From Octopus bimaculoides (lineage: Eukaryota): a DNA stretch of 64,000 bases. The stretch is from positions 14,949,460 to 15,013,459 of the forward strand of contig NC_068982.1 of the NCBI RefSeq assembly GCF_001194135.2, in the 5' to 3' direction. Positions 13,371 to 26,790 of this stretch are shown here, in pieces (within the stretch, counting starts at the first letter, position 1; each line of letters starts with the position of its first letter). The position numbers and the translations under genes are program-made. The notes under the pieces are model-generated. The model did not search any database, was not told the origin of the DNA, and saw only the letters and a program-made list of their open reading frames with translations.

Positions 13371-13794
13371 ATATCCAAAGTTTTAAATTAAAAAGAGAGT
13401 TTTGACGCTGATATCCATTATTATTGAAATTTATTCCTATGTCAACATTTCTGTATAAGGTTATATTTAACTGTCAGATTCAAGTCAAACATATAATTTA
13501 CCTTACACATCTTCAGGGAAAAAGATAAAGAACAAAAAGTAAACACCAAAAACATCATCTCTAAGTCCAGTTCATATTCAAATTCTTCCTTAAATAAAGG
13601 TCTGTTAAAGGGAGAAAACCCCTAATAATATTATTAATAAATTATAAACAATCACATATTACAATGGAAATCTATATTATATTATCTCTAGAATCTGACA
13701 GTCAAATATAGCCTTATACAGAAATGTTGACATAGGAATAAATTTCAATAATAATGGATATCAGCGTCAAATCTCTCTTTTAAATTTAAATTTT

Positions 13795-13800
<6 letters not shown>
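13371..13800. mobile_element. Foldback/MITE with ~110-bp terminal inverted repeats
   Basis: 13371-13481 is the reverse complement of 13691-13800 (core tttgacgctgatatcc...ctgtataagg identical over ~60 bp); ~210-bp AT-rich spacer; TA-rich flanks. Confidence 0.8.
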
Positions 13801-13829
<29 letters not shown>

Positions 13830-13830
<1 letters not shown>

Positions 13831-15070
13831 TAGCAGAAATACCCGGCTTTGCCCGGGTTAAAGAGAATAATGAAATCTAAAAACGTCATCTTGACTACGC
13901 AACCCTCAACTGTTAGTAGCTACGATACCATATTTCTACATTAATAACTCTCCAATCNNNNNNNNNNNNNNNNNNNNNNNNNNNNNNNNNNNNNNNNNNN
14001 NNNNNNNNNNNNNNNNNNNNNNNNNNNNNNNNNNNNNNNNNNNNNNNNNNNNNNNNNNNNNNNNNNNNNNNNNNNNNNNNNNNNNNNNNNNNNNNNNNNN
14101 NNNNNNNNNNNNNNNNNNNNNNNNNNNNNNNNNNNNNNNNNNNNNNNNNNNNNNNNNNNNNNNNNNNNNNNNNNNNNNNNNNNNNNNNNNNNNNNNNNNN
14201 NNNNNNNNNNNNNNNNNNNNNNNNNNNNNNNNNNNNNNNNNNNNNNNNNNNNNNNNNNNNNNNNNNNNNNNNNNNNNNNNNNNNNNNNNNNNNNNNNNNN
14301 NNNNNNNNNNNNNNNNNNNNNNNNNNNNNNNNNNNNNNNNNNNNNNNNNNNNNNNNNNNNNNNNNNNNNNNNNNNNNNNNNNNNNNNNNNNNNNNNNNNN
14401 NNNNNNNNNNNNNNNNNNNNNNNNNNNNNNNNNNNNNNNNNNNNNNNNNNNNNNNNNNNNNNNNNNNNNNNNNNNNNNNNNNNNNNNNNNNNNNNNNNNN
14501 NNNNNNNNNNNNNNNNNNNNNNNNNNNNNNNNNNNNNNNNNNNNNNNNNNNNNNNNNNNNNNNNNNNNNNNNNNNNNNNNNNNNNNNNNNNNNNNNNNNN
14601 NNNNNNNNNNNNNNNNNNNNNNNNNNNNNNNNNNNNNNNNNNNNNNNNNNNNNNNNNNNNNNNNNNNNNNNNNNNNNNNNNNNNNNNNNNNNNNNNNNNN
14701 NNNNNNNNNNNNNNNNNNNNNNNNNNNNNNNNNNNNNNNNNNNNNNNNNNNNNNNNNNNNNNNNNNNNNNNNNNNNNNNNNNNNNNNNNNNNNNNNATAG
14801 TTTCATTTTTAAAGTGAAAGTATTTGACATGAGTGTTTTTGTTTCACTTTTGACATGTAATACTTAAATAGTGGAGGAGATATTATGTTGCCGTGGGCTC
14901 GAACTCTGCAAGAAGTTAAAAAATTTTTTTGACTAAAACACAACTGGAACCCTAAGTAAGGCATCTGTAAAATTTGAATGAAATTGGTTCCGTAGTTCTC
15001 GAGTTTTAGGGATTCACACACACAGACAGACAGACAGACAGACACACATTCTCATTTTTATATATATAGA
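13830..15070 (-). mobile_element. Non-autonomous Helitron (spans N-gap 13958-14796)
   Basis: On the - strand: 5' A|TCTATATATAT...(CTGT)n; 3' GC-rich hairpin ACCCGGGCAAAGCCGGGT 7 nt before CTAG|T. These are canonical Helitron TC/CTAG ends at an AT site with no TSD. Continuity across the gap is assumed. Confidence 0.78.
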
Positions 15071-15074
15071 TAGA

Positions 15075-15500
15075 TATATGACAGGCTTCTTTCAGTTTGC
15101 GTCTACCAAATCCATTCACAAGGCTTTGGTCGGCCTGAGGCTATAGTAGAAGACACTTGCCCAAGGTGCCATGCAGTGGGACTGAACCCGGAACCATGTG
15201 GTTGGTAAGCAAGCTACTTACCACACAGCCACGCCTATGCCTATAAATACTGTTTATCTTTTCATCTTTTATCTTCTACATGTTTCAGTTGTTAGACTGT
15301 GGCCATGTTGGGGCACTGCTTAGAAGAATTTTATTCAAATATATTAACCCCAGTGCTTTTATTTTTTTAAGCCTGGTATTTATTCTGTTGGTCTCTTTTG
15401 CCAAACTGCTAAGTTATGGGGTGTAAACACACCATTACCAGTTGTTGAGTGGCGGTAGGGGACAAACACAGATGGAAAGACATATATACATACACACACA
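15075..15500 (-). mobile_element. Family A SINE pieces (head 15075-15243; tail part 15258-15500)
   Basis: gtgggactgaacccggaaccatgtgg...acacagccacgcctatgcc; ttgtttcagttgttagactgtggccatgttgg. Confidence 0.75.
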
Positions 15501-15966
15501 CCATCATTATCATCATCATCATCATCATCATCGTTTAACGTCCGCCTTCCTTGCTAGCATGGGTTGGACGATTTGACTGAGGACTGGCTACACCAAGCTC
15601 CAATGTGATTTGGCAGAGTTTCAACAGTTGGATGCCTTTCCTAATGCCAACCACTCCGAGAGTGGTTGGCATTAGGAAAGTAAAAATATGCGAGTAAAAA
15701 TAAATACAAAAAAGGGGGGGGTTCTGTATGATTGTGTATAGAGGAATATATTATTTTGTTTAAAAGAGTTCCAACACTGTCTGTTTTTTATGTTTTATTT
15801 ATATTCCTGCAAAACCAATGTGGGATATAAAATATGGAATATACAATATATAATATAAAATAAAAATGGATGGTACTATGAAATAAAGTATTGAATGTCT
15901 TATTGAATATATGGAATATGTCTTATTGAATAGATGAAATATTGAGTGTTCAATATAAAGGATTAA

Positions 15967-16005
<39 letters not shown>

Positions 16006-16577
16006 TATGTATGTATGTATTTAAATGGGGAAGCCGATTTATGGCATTACCCTGGGTTTCTTGTCCATAAGGGGCTTAGCCTTATGGCGTATCGTCAGAC
16101 CCAAATAAACCTGTTGGCCTAAGACCTCTTCAAAAAAAAGGGTGTGCTTCTTCTCCGGATTTGTTTTCTGCAAACGATATTATAAGATTCAATCATGTGT
16201 TAACATGTACCTCCTTGCAACAATGTAAACTTTCATTTAGTCAAGATACTGTTAGCCTGACGAGTAGCCTGCGGTATGCACCTTATATGGATATTTACCA
16301 CTTCCAAGGTTCCTCTCGCAATAAAACATCTGTAGCCCAGATCTTATCTACTCCATTCCTTAACTCTTGTGTTCTTATTCGCACACCCGGCAGCCCTAGT
16401 CGCCTACCGTGAAATATAAAAAGAATTCTTTTCAGCTTATCATACTTTAATACAAAAAAATCCACAACCTCCCACCTCAGTAAACCACTATTGTCCCTGA
16501 AAGTTGTTTTTTATATTTACTACAGATTGCTTGAAGCTAACTTTCTTCCTACACCTTGATCCTTGGATCTTATATTT

Positions 16578-17240
<663 letters not shown>

Positions 17241-17332
17241 GCATTTCTGATCTTTTTTTTTCTTCTTCCTTCGTTCTTTGATGATGGAATTTTCTATATT
17301 ATGTAAATAACGAGATCTTTATTCTCTTTCAG

Positions 17333-17440
17333 CTGCCAGTAACAATCTTAAACTCTTCCTCAGTTTTGCCGTCGGTGGTTTATTAGGGGATGTTTTCCTA
17401 CACCTGTTGCCAGAGGCATGGTCTCATGCCAAGTCATTTG
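17333..17440 (+). CDS. SLC39A13: Internal coding exon (TM2 region) of ZIP13-type zinc/iron transporter
   Basis: Acceptor ttctctttcag|, donor |gtaagc; 108 nt, phase 1-1. Translates (x)ASNNLKLFLSFAVGGLLGDVFLHLLPEAWSHAKSF, matching the LIV-1 TM2 motif. LLPEAW is ZIP13-like (human LSFALGGLLGNVFLHLLPEAW) rather than ZIP7-like (LIPHAL). Too short for the ORF track. Confidence 0.92.
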
Positions 17441-19539
17441 GTAAGCCTTTCCTTTTTTTTCTTTTTGTTTTTTGTTTTTTTTCATTCATTTTTACTTTTG
17501 TTTTTGATTTCAGACAAGCTTAGACCTCTGGTAGAGAAATAGCCATGAAAACTCTTGTAAATGCCATGGCATTTTATATATCAGCTCTTTTATGGCCATA
17601 TCTTTTACGTAATACATTGCTCATATGTTTGAATTAGGTTTGAAATAGAATGAACTTGGAAAGAGATTTAATAAAATAGTTAACTTCTGATAAAGTGGTT
17701 GCTAACATATAGCTTACTTCTTATTTAATTAATCAAAATTTCTAAGCTGTCTTCACCTGCCTTTATTTTTCTTTCTTTCTTTTTTTCTTTTACTAGTATA
17801 AGTCATTTTAGAAAATTATAGTTCTCATCACCTGGAGTGTAATTTTAATTAATTACACCTTAAGTGATAAAAACAATCATTTTCTAAATGATTTATTTCA
17901 GTCGAATATACAAGGGCTGGAGAAAACATTGAAGTTTTAATTAATTAAAATTAATTATGGTATACAGTGGGAAGTGAGTCTAATCCTTAACACTGACAAT
18001 TCCAGACATTGTCAGTGAAGCAGAGTTGCTGCTGGAGCGTAGGACGAAGGGAAGAATACAAGATTTTTGTGATGTTGCCAGTTCAACCCATGCCAGCATA
18101 GAAAACAAATGCTAAATGGTGATGATGATGTTGAAACTGGGATTATCTGATTGCATCTAATAAACCTGAAGTATCTTCAGAATTAATACAATACTCCTAA
18201 AGTTCAGAATAACTCCTTATTGCATTCTATAATTAATTTTAATTAAATATTAATTTCAAGGTTCTCTCTCTCTCTCCCTCTCCCTCTCTCTCTCTCCCCC
18301 TCTCTCTCTCTCCCTCTCGCTCTCCCTCCCCCCCCTCTCTCTCTCTTTGCAAATTTTTAAGCTAGCTCCTGTGTATGGCTAATTGAGCCTGTAACCCAAA
18401 ACTAAAGAGTGCTAAATAGCATGACAATGCATTTGTTGGCTCAAGTGTACAGTAAAAACATTTACTTGAAGTACTGTGCAATGGGATTGAATCTGAGATC
18501 ATTTGGTTACAAAGCAATCTTAATCATACAGTCATACCTTTTAAAAAAAATATCAAATCAAACATTTAAAAATAATTGTTCTAATCACTAATTAAAATTT
18601 TTTGGTTTACTACATTAATTTTCTATCATTCACTTTACTGTTAAGTTATTTATGCTGCAGGCATTCTTGGGTATTTCTTTTTTATGTCATTCTTTATTAT
18701 TATGTGAGTGTTTGGAACATAACTTAATGGAAAATTCTTATATACAGTTATAATGGTTTTAATTTAAATATAAACACAGTTGTACTGTAAAGCCAAGGAT
18801 GGTCTCGGGCAGGTTTTTATCGAAAGATTAAACAGGATGTATATCATAGATGTGTTATATACATGATAGTTTAAAGGGAAATATTCCATCAGTGCTGCAT
18901 TAAAGTTTCAAGCATTAGACCACCCATGTTAACTGAATCATTAATAACAGATGAACAGAAGTAATGAATAGAAATCCTCTCTTTAGACATAAACCAGAAT
19001 TTCTGGCTCTCGAAACTATTTTGAATACCACAGATCAGCTACTATCTTAAATAAACAATTTCTTTTTAATAAAGAGCAATTTATTAAACACTCATGTTAG
19101 TGTTAAATACTAAATTCTTACATTGGTTTAAAGTATAAAAGTTACACAGGAGAAGAGATGGTTGTATTTTTATCAAAAATAGTTAAAAAAAAAAAAAAAA
19201 AAGGAAAAATAGCTACAGATACAAGTCAAAAGTAGTCAACTGTTGCCAACCCTCACTTGTTTCCAAGTAAGCTGACATTCCCCATGACAAGACATGTTGA
19301 AGATTGGGAACAAAAGACACTGCTTTCATGACAGTCACAATCATTTGCAACTACCATATAAAGAGCAAGGCAAGGGGTCAGTAATACACAGAGTGTAGCA
19401 ACCAAATATCCTTCTTCTCTTTAAATGATGGAGACTTTAGTGATTCTCAACCGTTTTTTTTTTTACTATGGACTCGCTTTCATCCCTATTTTACTAATAT
19501 GGACCGTCATGGCCATTCTATGTTTTAAAGAAATCCTAT

Positions 19540-19932
19540 CTTTTACTTGTTTCAGTCATTTGACTGCAGCCATACTGGGGCACCAGCTTGAAGGGTTTTA
19601 TTCGAACAAATTGACCCCAGGGCTTATTTTTTCAATCCTAGTACTTATTCTATTGTACTCTTTTTTCGAACTGCTAAGTTGCAGGGACATTAAACATACC
19701 CACCCACACCAGTTCTCAAGTGGCAATGAGGTACTAATAGACACAATGACACACACACACACACACATACATGACAGGCTTCTTTCAGTTTCTGTCTACC
19801 AAATCCACTCACAAGGCTTTGGTTGGCCTGAGACTATTGTAGAAGACACTTGCCCAAGGTGCCACCCAGTGACACTGAACCCAAAACCATGTGGTTGAGA
19901 AGCAAGCTTCCTACCACACAGCCACTCCTGCA
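19540..19932 (-). mobile_element. Family A SINE
   Basis: cttttacttgtttcagtcatttgactgcagcc...ccacacagccactcctgcacc. Confidence 0.85.
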
Positions 19933-20939
19933 CCTCTCATATTTTTATAATTAAATGTTATTGGGAATTGTATTAAAAGAAATTGTTAAAATAATTTATG
20001 CATTTTAGAAGTATAACCAATTTATTACCTGTAAATTTGAACAACGAAATCTTATATGGACCCCATTTGAGAAACACTACTTTAGATAATATTATTCTAG
20101 ATACGCTATACACGAACATAAGACGAGATAGCCATAGAGTTTCCTCAATCATAAATCTGCTGAATTTGGTTTCGGTAGGAGTTAAACAACAGCAACAAAG
20201 CTTATGTTTTTATGTTCTTTGTATTATATTTTTGTTCATTTCCTATACAATGGCTTTAGGTTTTTCTCTTGACAACAAAAAATCTTTTCACTAGTTCTTT
20301 GAACCTTGACCTCTTTGCATCAATGCTATGATTCTTGCTGAACAATTCTTTTTTTTTTTCAGCCCCTTTCTTTTGGGTGTCAGCCATAAAACTGATTTTT
20401 TTTTTCCCTGCCAGTTCTTTTTATATAATATGTATATTGTTATTTATCAATTTTATTTTTAGTAATTTTATACTTGTTATATATTTTATTAGTTTTACAC
20501 TTATTATATATTTTACCACTTCCTTGTCTTTCTCTTCTCTCTCCTCTTGTCGCTTTAGTCTCTTTTTTAACCATTGACCTTCGAGATAAATCTTCCCCCC
20601 CCCCCTCTCCATTTGGTTTTGTTTGATATTTGTAGTTATTCGTGTTAATTTTCCACATTCACTTTTGGATATTTTTGCAGTAATTTTTACAACAATGTTC
20701 TAATTGTAGAAATCTCCTTCCTTCCTGAGTTTAATGGTTGAACGTTTTTTGTTTTTTTTTCCTTTCTCTGTCTGCTGTTGAATACTACAATCTAAATTCT
20801 CTCATTATTTACCGTGTTTTTATATTAGTTTTGGGTTGTTTATTTTTTTGTTTTCTTGTTTTCTTCTTTCAATTTGCTTTGCTTCGCTTAACTTGTAAAT
20901 TAGTGCAATATATAACTGGCTTGCATATTTTTAACACCG

Positions 20940-21290
20940 ACACTATCATCCATCATCATCATCATCATCATCATTGTTGTTGTCTTCGTTATCATCATCA
21001 GCATCATCATCATCACCATTGTTGTTGTCATCTCCCCCGTCATCACCATTATCATTTTCAGTTTCTCCATCTTATTGTATTAGCAACACTAACTACCATC
21101 TCCACTCCACTATCATTACCATCATCACCACCCCCACCCTCATTATGACCCACAGCATGTAATTTTAGTCCCACTCTTTCATCTCCACAATCTCTGCTAC
21201 TACCATATTCACAACATCCACCATCACCTCCATTATACTTGGTCATCTTCATCACCATATCATAATCATTATTACTGATATGCTTTTTAA
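20940..21290. repeat. Degenerate (CAT)n/(CAC)n low-complexity tract
   Basis: catcatcatcat...; source of the poly-His/poly-Ser ORFs in the track. Confidence 0.85.
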
Positions 21291-21329
21291 TTAGTCCAAG
21301 GAAGAGAAACTGCAATAAATTTCTTGAAA

Positions 21330-21845
21330 TATAAGAACAAGGATATCAGCATGTAGACGTTCCCATGGGCATCCAGTGTTAAATTCCTAGAGGACTTTGA
21401 TAAATAGAAGCGGACTGAGCAGTGAGCCCAAGTGAACCCATACCTTCACACTAAATTTGTCTCTATACTTATTGTTAGCTCTCACCTTGCTGACATCATC
21501 CCTGTGCATGGCTTGTATGGCTCTCACAAACCATTCGTCTAAGTCTAGATGCTTCAATGATCATTAAATCACCAAGTGAAGAACTCTGTTAAAGGCTTTC
21601 TCCAAAGTGGCAAATACTAAGTACAGTGGTTTACCCTTGCCAGCTACTTCTGCTGTTTGCTCACGAGAAATATGGCATCAGTAGTACCTTTCCCTAATAC
21701 AAAATTATTTGTTAATTTCCTAGCTGAATTCATTGCCTACTCTAACCTTTGTTAACAGTACCTTGGTTCATATCATACACAACCTTCATATGCCATTCAT
21801 CTGCATTTAGTTTTCTTAGCACCCACCATACTCCTGAGTGTTTGA
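21330..21845 (-). pseudogene. Decayed RTE-clade LINE reverse-transcriptase fragments (two adjacent pieces)
   Basis: - strand: GKGTTDAIFLV...GKPLYLVFATLEKAFNRV..**SLKHLDLDEWFVRAIQAMHRDDVSKVR...KVWVHLGSLLSPLLFIKVL*EFNTGCPWERLHADILVLI, i.e. the RT motifs DxEKAFD, QGSxLSP and YADD in decayed form, with stops and a frameshift. A second piece (~21725-21840) reads VWWVLRKLNADEWHMKVV, the same RT segment again. Confidence 0.9.
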
Positions 21846-22642
21846 TGTTATTAACCCATATTGACTCACTATCCTCGTTTGAGGACAGTTGTATTTGGTT
21901 CATTTACTGCAATAAAGGTTAACTGGATGCAAAATAGTGCTTGTTGTATTTATTTAACCATTGTATTTGGTTTATTTACTGCAATGAAAGTTAACTGGAT
22001 GCTTCCGTATGTTTGTTACCTCTATTTATATAACTATCTTCAAAATTTCAACGGGTTAACCTGGATTAAAATAGGTTAAAGACCTTCTCTACTAGCTTCA
22101 AAGACCTTCTGTACTAGTTTCAAAATAACTTGTTAGTAACTTGGCATCTTTGGTTCTGCAACTTAGCACAAACTTTAACTGTGTCTTATTAAAGCTATCT
22201 CTAATTTGAATTAATTTTGCTAAGTTTCACGACTGCTTTCAAAATTCAATCCATCGGTTTATGTCCAGTTTGATTACCTCCGACCAGTTCATCTTTTTTT
22301 ATCCTGGAGACAGTGGACAATGCTATTGATACATCATTCAAAGGGAATAACATCTCCCTCCCTATTTGATTAACCACACAATTAATTAACATATGGCATT
22401 CATAACCTAAAACAATTACATCACTGATTCCAAATTATTTGAAATTGAATTCTATTACAAGGTTGACTATTCTCTTTGTCCATTTCTTTTCTCTGTAAGA
22501 AAGTCCTTCATCACTCTAAAGAAAAAAAAATTAGGTTGATAGTTCTTTGTCTCATAGATTTTAATATTTCTTTACATTATTATGATGCAAACTAAGTTCC
22601 TGGTTATTCTGAGTTCAAACTATACCAATATTTACTGATTCT

Positions 22643-22856
22643 AAAGCGGTAATCTGGCAGAAACGTTAGCAAGCCAGGTGAAATGCTTAGCGGTATTTTG
22701 TCTGTCTTTACGTTCTGAGTTCAAATTCTGCTGAGGTTGACTTTGCCTTTCATCCTTTCGGGGTCGATAAATTAAGTACCAGTTGCGTACTGTTGTCGAT
22801 CTAATCAACTGACCCCCTCCCCAAAAATTTCAGGCCTTGTGCCTAGAGTAGAAAAG
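22643..22856 (+). mobile_element. Family B SINE with 16-bp TSD
   Basis: aatatttactgattct at 22627-22642 and 22857-22872 flanks a full family B body. Confidence 0.9.
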
Positions 22857-23010
22857 AATATTTACTGATTCTTGTCTTTAATTATTCAGTTTTTCTCTTG
22901 ATGGTACATTAAAGTTTTAGTCACATACTGTAATACGTTATAACAAGACTGCTCTACAAGTCTTAATATATTCTCATAATATATACTAATTCTTCTTTCT
23001 TAGGCAGATA

Positions 23011-23066
<56 letters not shown>

Positions 23067-23556
23067 NNNNNNNNNNNNNNNNNNNNNNNNNNNNNNNNNN
23101 NNNNNNNNNNNNNNNNNNNNNNNNNNNNNNNNNNNNNNNNNNNNNNNNNNNNNNNNNNNNNNNNNNNNNNNNNNNNNNNNNNNNNNNNNNNNNNNNNNNN
23201 NNNNNNNNNNNNNNNNNNNNNNNNNNNNNNNNNNNNNNNNNNNNNNNNNNNNNNNNNNNNNNNNNNNNNNNNNNNNNNNNNNNNNNNNNNNNNNNNNNNN
23301 NNNNNNNNNNNNNNNNNNNNNNNNNNNNNNNNNNNNNNNNNNNNNNNNNNNNNNNNNNNNNNNNNNNNNNNNNNNNNNNNNNNNNNNNNNNNNNNNNNNN
23401 NNNNNNNNNNNNNNNNNNNNNNNNNNNNNNNNNNNNNNNNNNNNNNNNNNNNNNNNNNNNNNNNNNNNNNNNNNNNNNNNNNNNNNNNNNNNNNNNNNNN
23501 NNNNNNNNNNNNNNNNNNNNNNNNNNNNNNNNNNNNNNNNNNNNNNNNNNNNNNNN
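23067..23556. other. Assembly gap (others: 5664-5759, 13958-14796, 17062-17094, 36934-37040, 46458-46771, 63665-63674)
   Basis: N runs, mostly abutting microsatellites. Confidence 0.99.
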
Positions 23557-23647
23557 CAGTGATATAGATTTCCTTTGACTTGGAAACAAGCCAGTTTTTG
23601 AAGGGAAGAAGTCAAAGGAATTGAATTTCCCTCAGTATATAACTAGT

Positions 23648-23945
23648 GTGAAGGCGCTTGGCCCAGTGGTTAGGGTTTTGCACTCGCAATTGTAAGATCA
23701 TGGGTTCAAATCCCAGACCAGGTGGCACATTGTGTCCTTGGGCAAAACACTTCCTTTCACATTGCTCCAACTCACTCAGCTATCAACGGGTAACTCTGAA
23801 ACAGACTAGCCTTCTGATCAAGGGAGATGTTGGCCTGCATGACTAGCCAGCAGAGTGGCATCATTCAAAAGCTAAAACAATGCAAAGCACATTGTGACTA
23901 GCAATGTACAACAACATCCAGTAGTCTAGTCTATACCGTGATACC
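23648..23945 (+). mobile_element. Family D tRNA-headed SINE
   Basis: A box TGGCCCAGTGG, B box GGTTCAAATCC, then tgtgtccttgggcaaaacactt...cacattgctccaactcactcagct core. Confidence 0.75.
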
Positions 23946-26269
23946 ATTATATTATTAGTTCTTGGTTCCATCGACTTACTGTCCAGTTAAGTTGAAGTTT
24001 ATTTCTCTTGTTAATGAGATTTTAACTTAAAATAGCAAGGTATCATTTTGAGGTACTATAAATCACCAAATCTCACTGTCTGCTATCTAAAAACAAACGA
24101 ATTTCTCCATCAATAATACAGTCTTTTTATTTCATCTATTTTTATTTTTGTAACATGTTATCTTTATTTTACATTGATTTTTTTACAAATAAGAAAACGA
24201 TGGCTTCATATTAAAAAGCATTATGTAAATTTATTAATGATATAACAAATTATATTTAATTGATTATTTGTTTTTGTAATTGAAAATAAGCCAAACAAAT
24301 GTTAAGTTATCAGAATATATTATAAATTAAAATCAATGAGTAAGGGGAGCCTCAGTGTGAAATAGAAATACCAGAAATAGCAGTGAAATCGCCTTCCCCT
24401 ATCACTTTTTTTTTATAAAGTAAAGACAAATTTGATAATGAATTCATAATTAAGTATTAATCATAGATCTAACAACTCAGGGCTAACTACAAAGAAAATA
24501 CATCTATGTTGATTAAGCATTAAAGGAAATATTTTATTTGAACTCACCTAATTTAATACAAGTAATTAGTGAAACATTTATTAATAATGAGAGAATATGT
24601 TCAAGTGATACTTTTAGACAGCGCGATTCAACTATATAAATCCAGAGTATGTAAGAGAATTGATTAATTTCTTTTAATTGGTCCATCGTCATCATCATTT
24701 AACATCTCTTTCCCTTGCTGGCATAGATTAGTTGGTTTGACAGGTGCTGGCTAGGCCAGGAGCCATGCCAGGTTCCATTGCCTGTTTTGGCATGGTTTCT
24801 ACAGCTAGATGCCCTTCCTAACTCCAACCACTTTACAGAGTGTTCTGGGGAATTTTTACATGACACCAGCACCAATGCTTTTTATGTGGCACCAGCATCA
24901 ACAGGGTCACCAAGTACCTTGTTTAGCATATTATTTTTGTTTGGCTATAATTTTCAATATAACTTTTTCCCTATAGTTTGCTTTCATAATCTTACAGCTT
25001 CAACACCATTATTACCCTCTTACATAAGTAAAAGGCATTTTCGAGAAGAAAATTTTCCAACGACAAATTTCTTTCTACTTTCTATTTTCCCAGTTTTGCA
25101 GCCCTCACCTAAACATAGACTGTGCTCAATGGTAGCCTCAGATAAAATACCTTTGGCCTTTATTCCAGCTTCTTGCATTTTCTTTTCTAAGTACAAGTCT
25201 CTTAGAAGTCAACATTGTCATTCTTCTTCCTTCTGGGATCAGTAGCTAAAGTACCAGTCCAGAGGGGTAGACGTACAGAATCATTTGACCACCAGACAGT
25301 ACACTTTACAGTATCTGTTCCATCATTTTATGTTCTGAGTTCAAATCATGCTGTAGCTTACATATGTGTTAGACTTAATATTCTCTCTACAACTGGCACA
25401 AGGCCTGAAATTTGGAGGAGAGCTTGTCAGTTATACCAACCCTAGTGCCTAACTGGTATTTATTTTATCCACCCAGAAAAGATGAAAGACAAAGTTGCCT
25501 TCAGTGGTATTTGAACTCAGAATATAGAGATCCAGAAGACATACTGCAAAGCTTTTTGTCCAACACATTAACAACCCTGCCAGCTCATCTATCTTTACGT
25601 TCTGAGTTCAAATTCCGCCAAGGTCAACTTTGCTTTCATCCCTTTGGGGTCAATAAATTAAGTACCAGCTGCGTACTGGGGTTGATCTAATCGACTGCCC
25701 CCCCCTCCCCCAAAATTTTGGGCCTTGTACCTAGAGTAAAAAAGATTAACAACTCTGCCAGCTCACTGGCTTTATTTGAGACTTAATATTGGTTTCAAAT
25801 TTTGGCACAAGGCCAGTAATTTTGATTATATCGACCCTGATGCTCAACTGATACTTATTTTTTCGCCCCCCCCCCCCCAAAAGGATGAAATGCAAAGTCG
25901 ACCTCAGCGGCATTTGAACTCAGAATGTAAGAATTGACGAAATGTCACTAAGCATTTTTCCCAGCATGCTAACGATTCAGTCAGCTCACCAGCTTTGTTT
26001 TGGACTTGACATGACACCTGCTTTAGCATCACCACTTGGTCCTTATGTTGCCTTAGTGTCCACTCTACTGCAAGCGTTCAATCCAGATCTCCAATTTGAG
26101 GATATCTTCCTCCCTTCATCCATCCATCACATAACTCTCAGAAGCTCTATAAAGGGTCACATCCCTCCTGACTAAATGGTTAAAAAAAAAAAAAAAAAAC
26201 TGAAATGGTGAAGTATACATTATTGCAAAGCTTAATATCATGAACAACTCAACTTTAATGGAAATAGAT

Positions 26270-26790
26270 TGTGGTTGTGTGGTAAGAAGTTTGTTTCTCA
26301 ATCACATGGTTCTAGGTTCTGTCTCACTGTGTGGCACCTTGGGCAAGTGTCTTCTACTATAGCCTCCAGCTGACCAGAGCCTTGTGAGTGGATTCGGTAG
26401 ACAGAAACTGAAACAAGGCAGCGAGCTGACAGAAACATTATCATGCTGGGCGAAATGCTTAGCGGTTTTTCGTCTGCCGTTACGTTCTGAGTTCAAATTC
26501 TGCCGAGGTCGACTTTGCCTTTCATGCTTTCGAGGTCGATGAAATAAGTACCAGTTATTCACTGAGGTCAATGTAATCGACTTAATCTCCTTGTTTGTCT
26601 CCTCTATGTTTAGCCTCTTGTGGGCAATAAACAAATAAGGAACTGAAACAAGCTCGTTGTATATGTATATATATCTGTGTGTTTGTGCCTTTGTGTCTGT
26701 GTTTGTCCACCACCACCACTTAATAACTGGTGCTGGTGTGTTTATGTTCCCCTGACTGAGTGGTTCAGCAAAACACGACTAACAGAATAA
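26270..26790 (+). mobile_element. Family A SINE interrupted by a family B SINE (26418-26640)
   Basis: 12-bp TSD aactgaaacaag at 26406-26417 and 26641-26652; the family A body resumes after the insert. Confidence 0.85.

Noticed and set aside
21889-22124. Small direct repeats (42 bp at period 72; 22 bp x2)
   Set aside because: Ordinary slippage duplications with no evident function.
23648-23725. tRNA-like sequences (A and B boxes) here and in SINE heads
   Set aside because: No complete cloverleaf; each continues into a SINE body.
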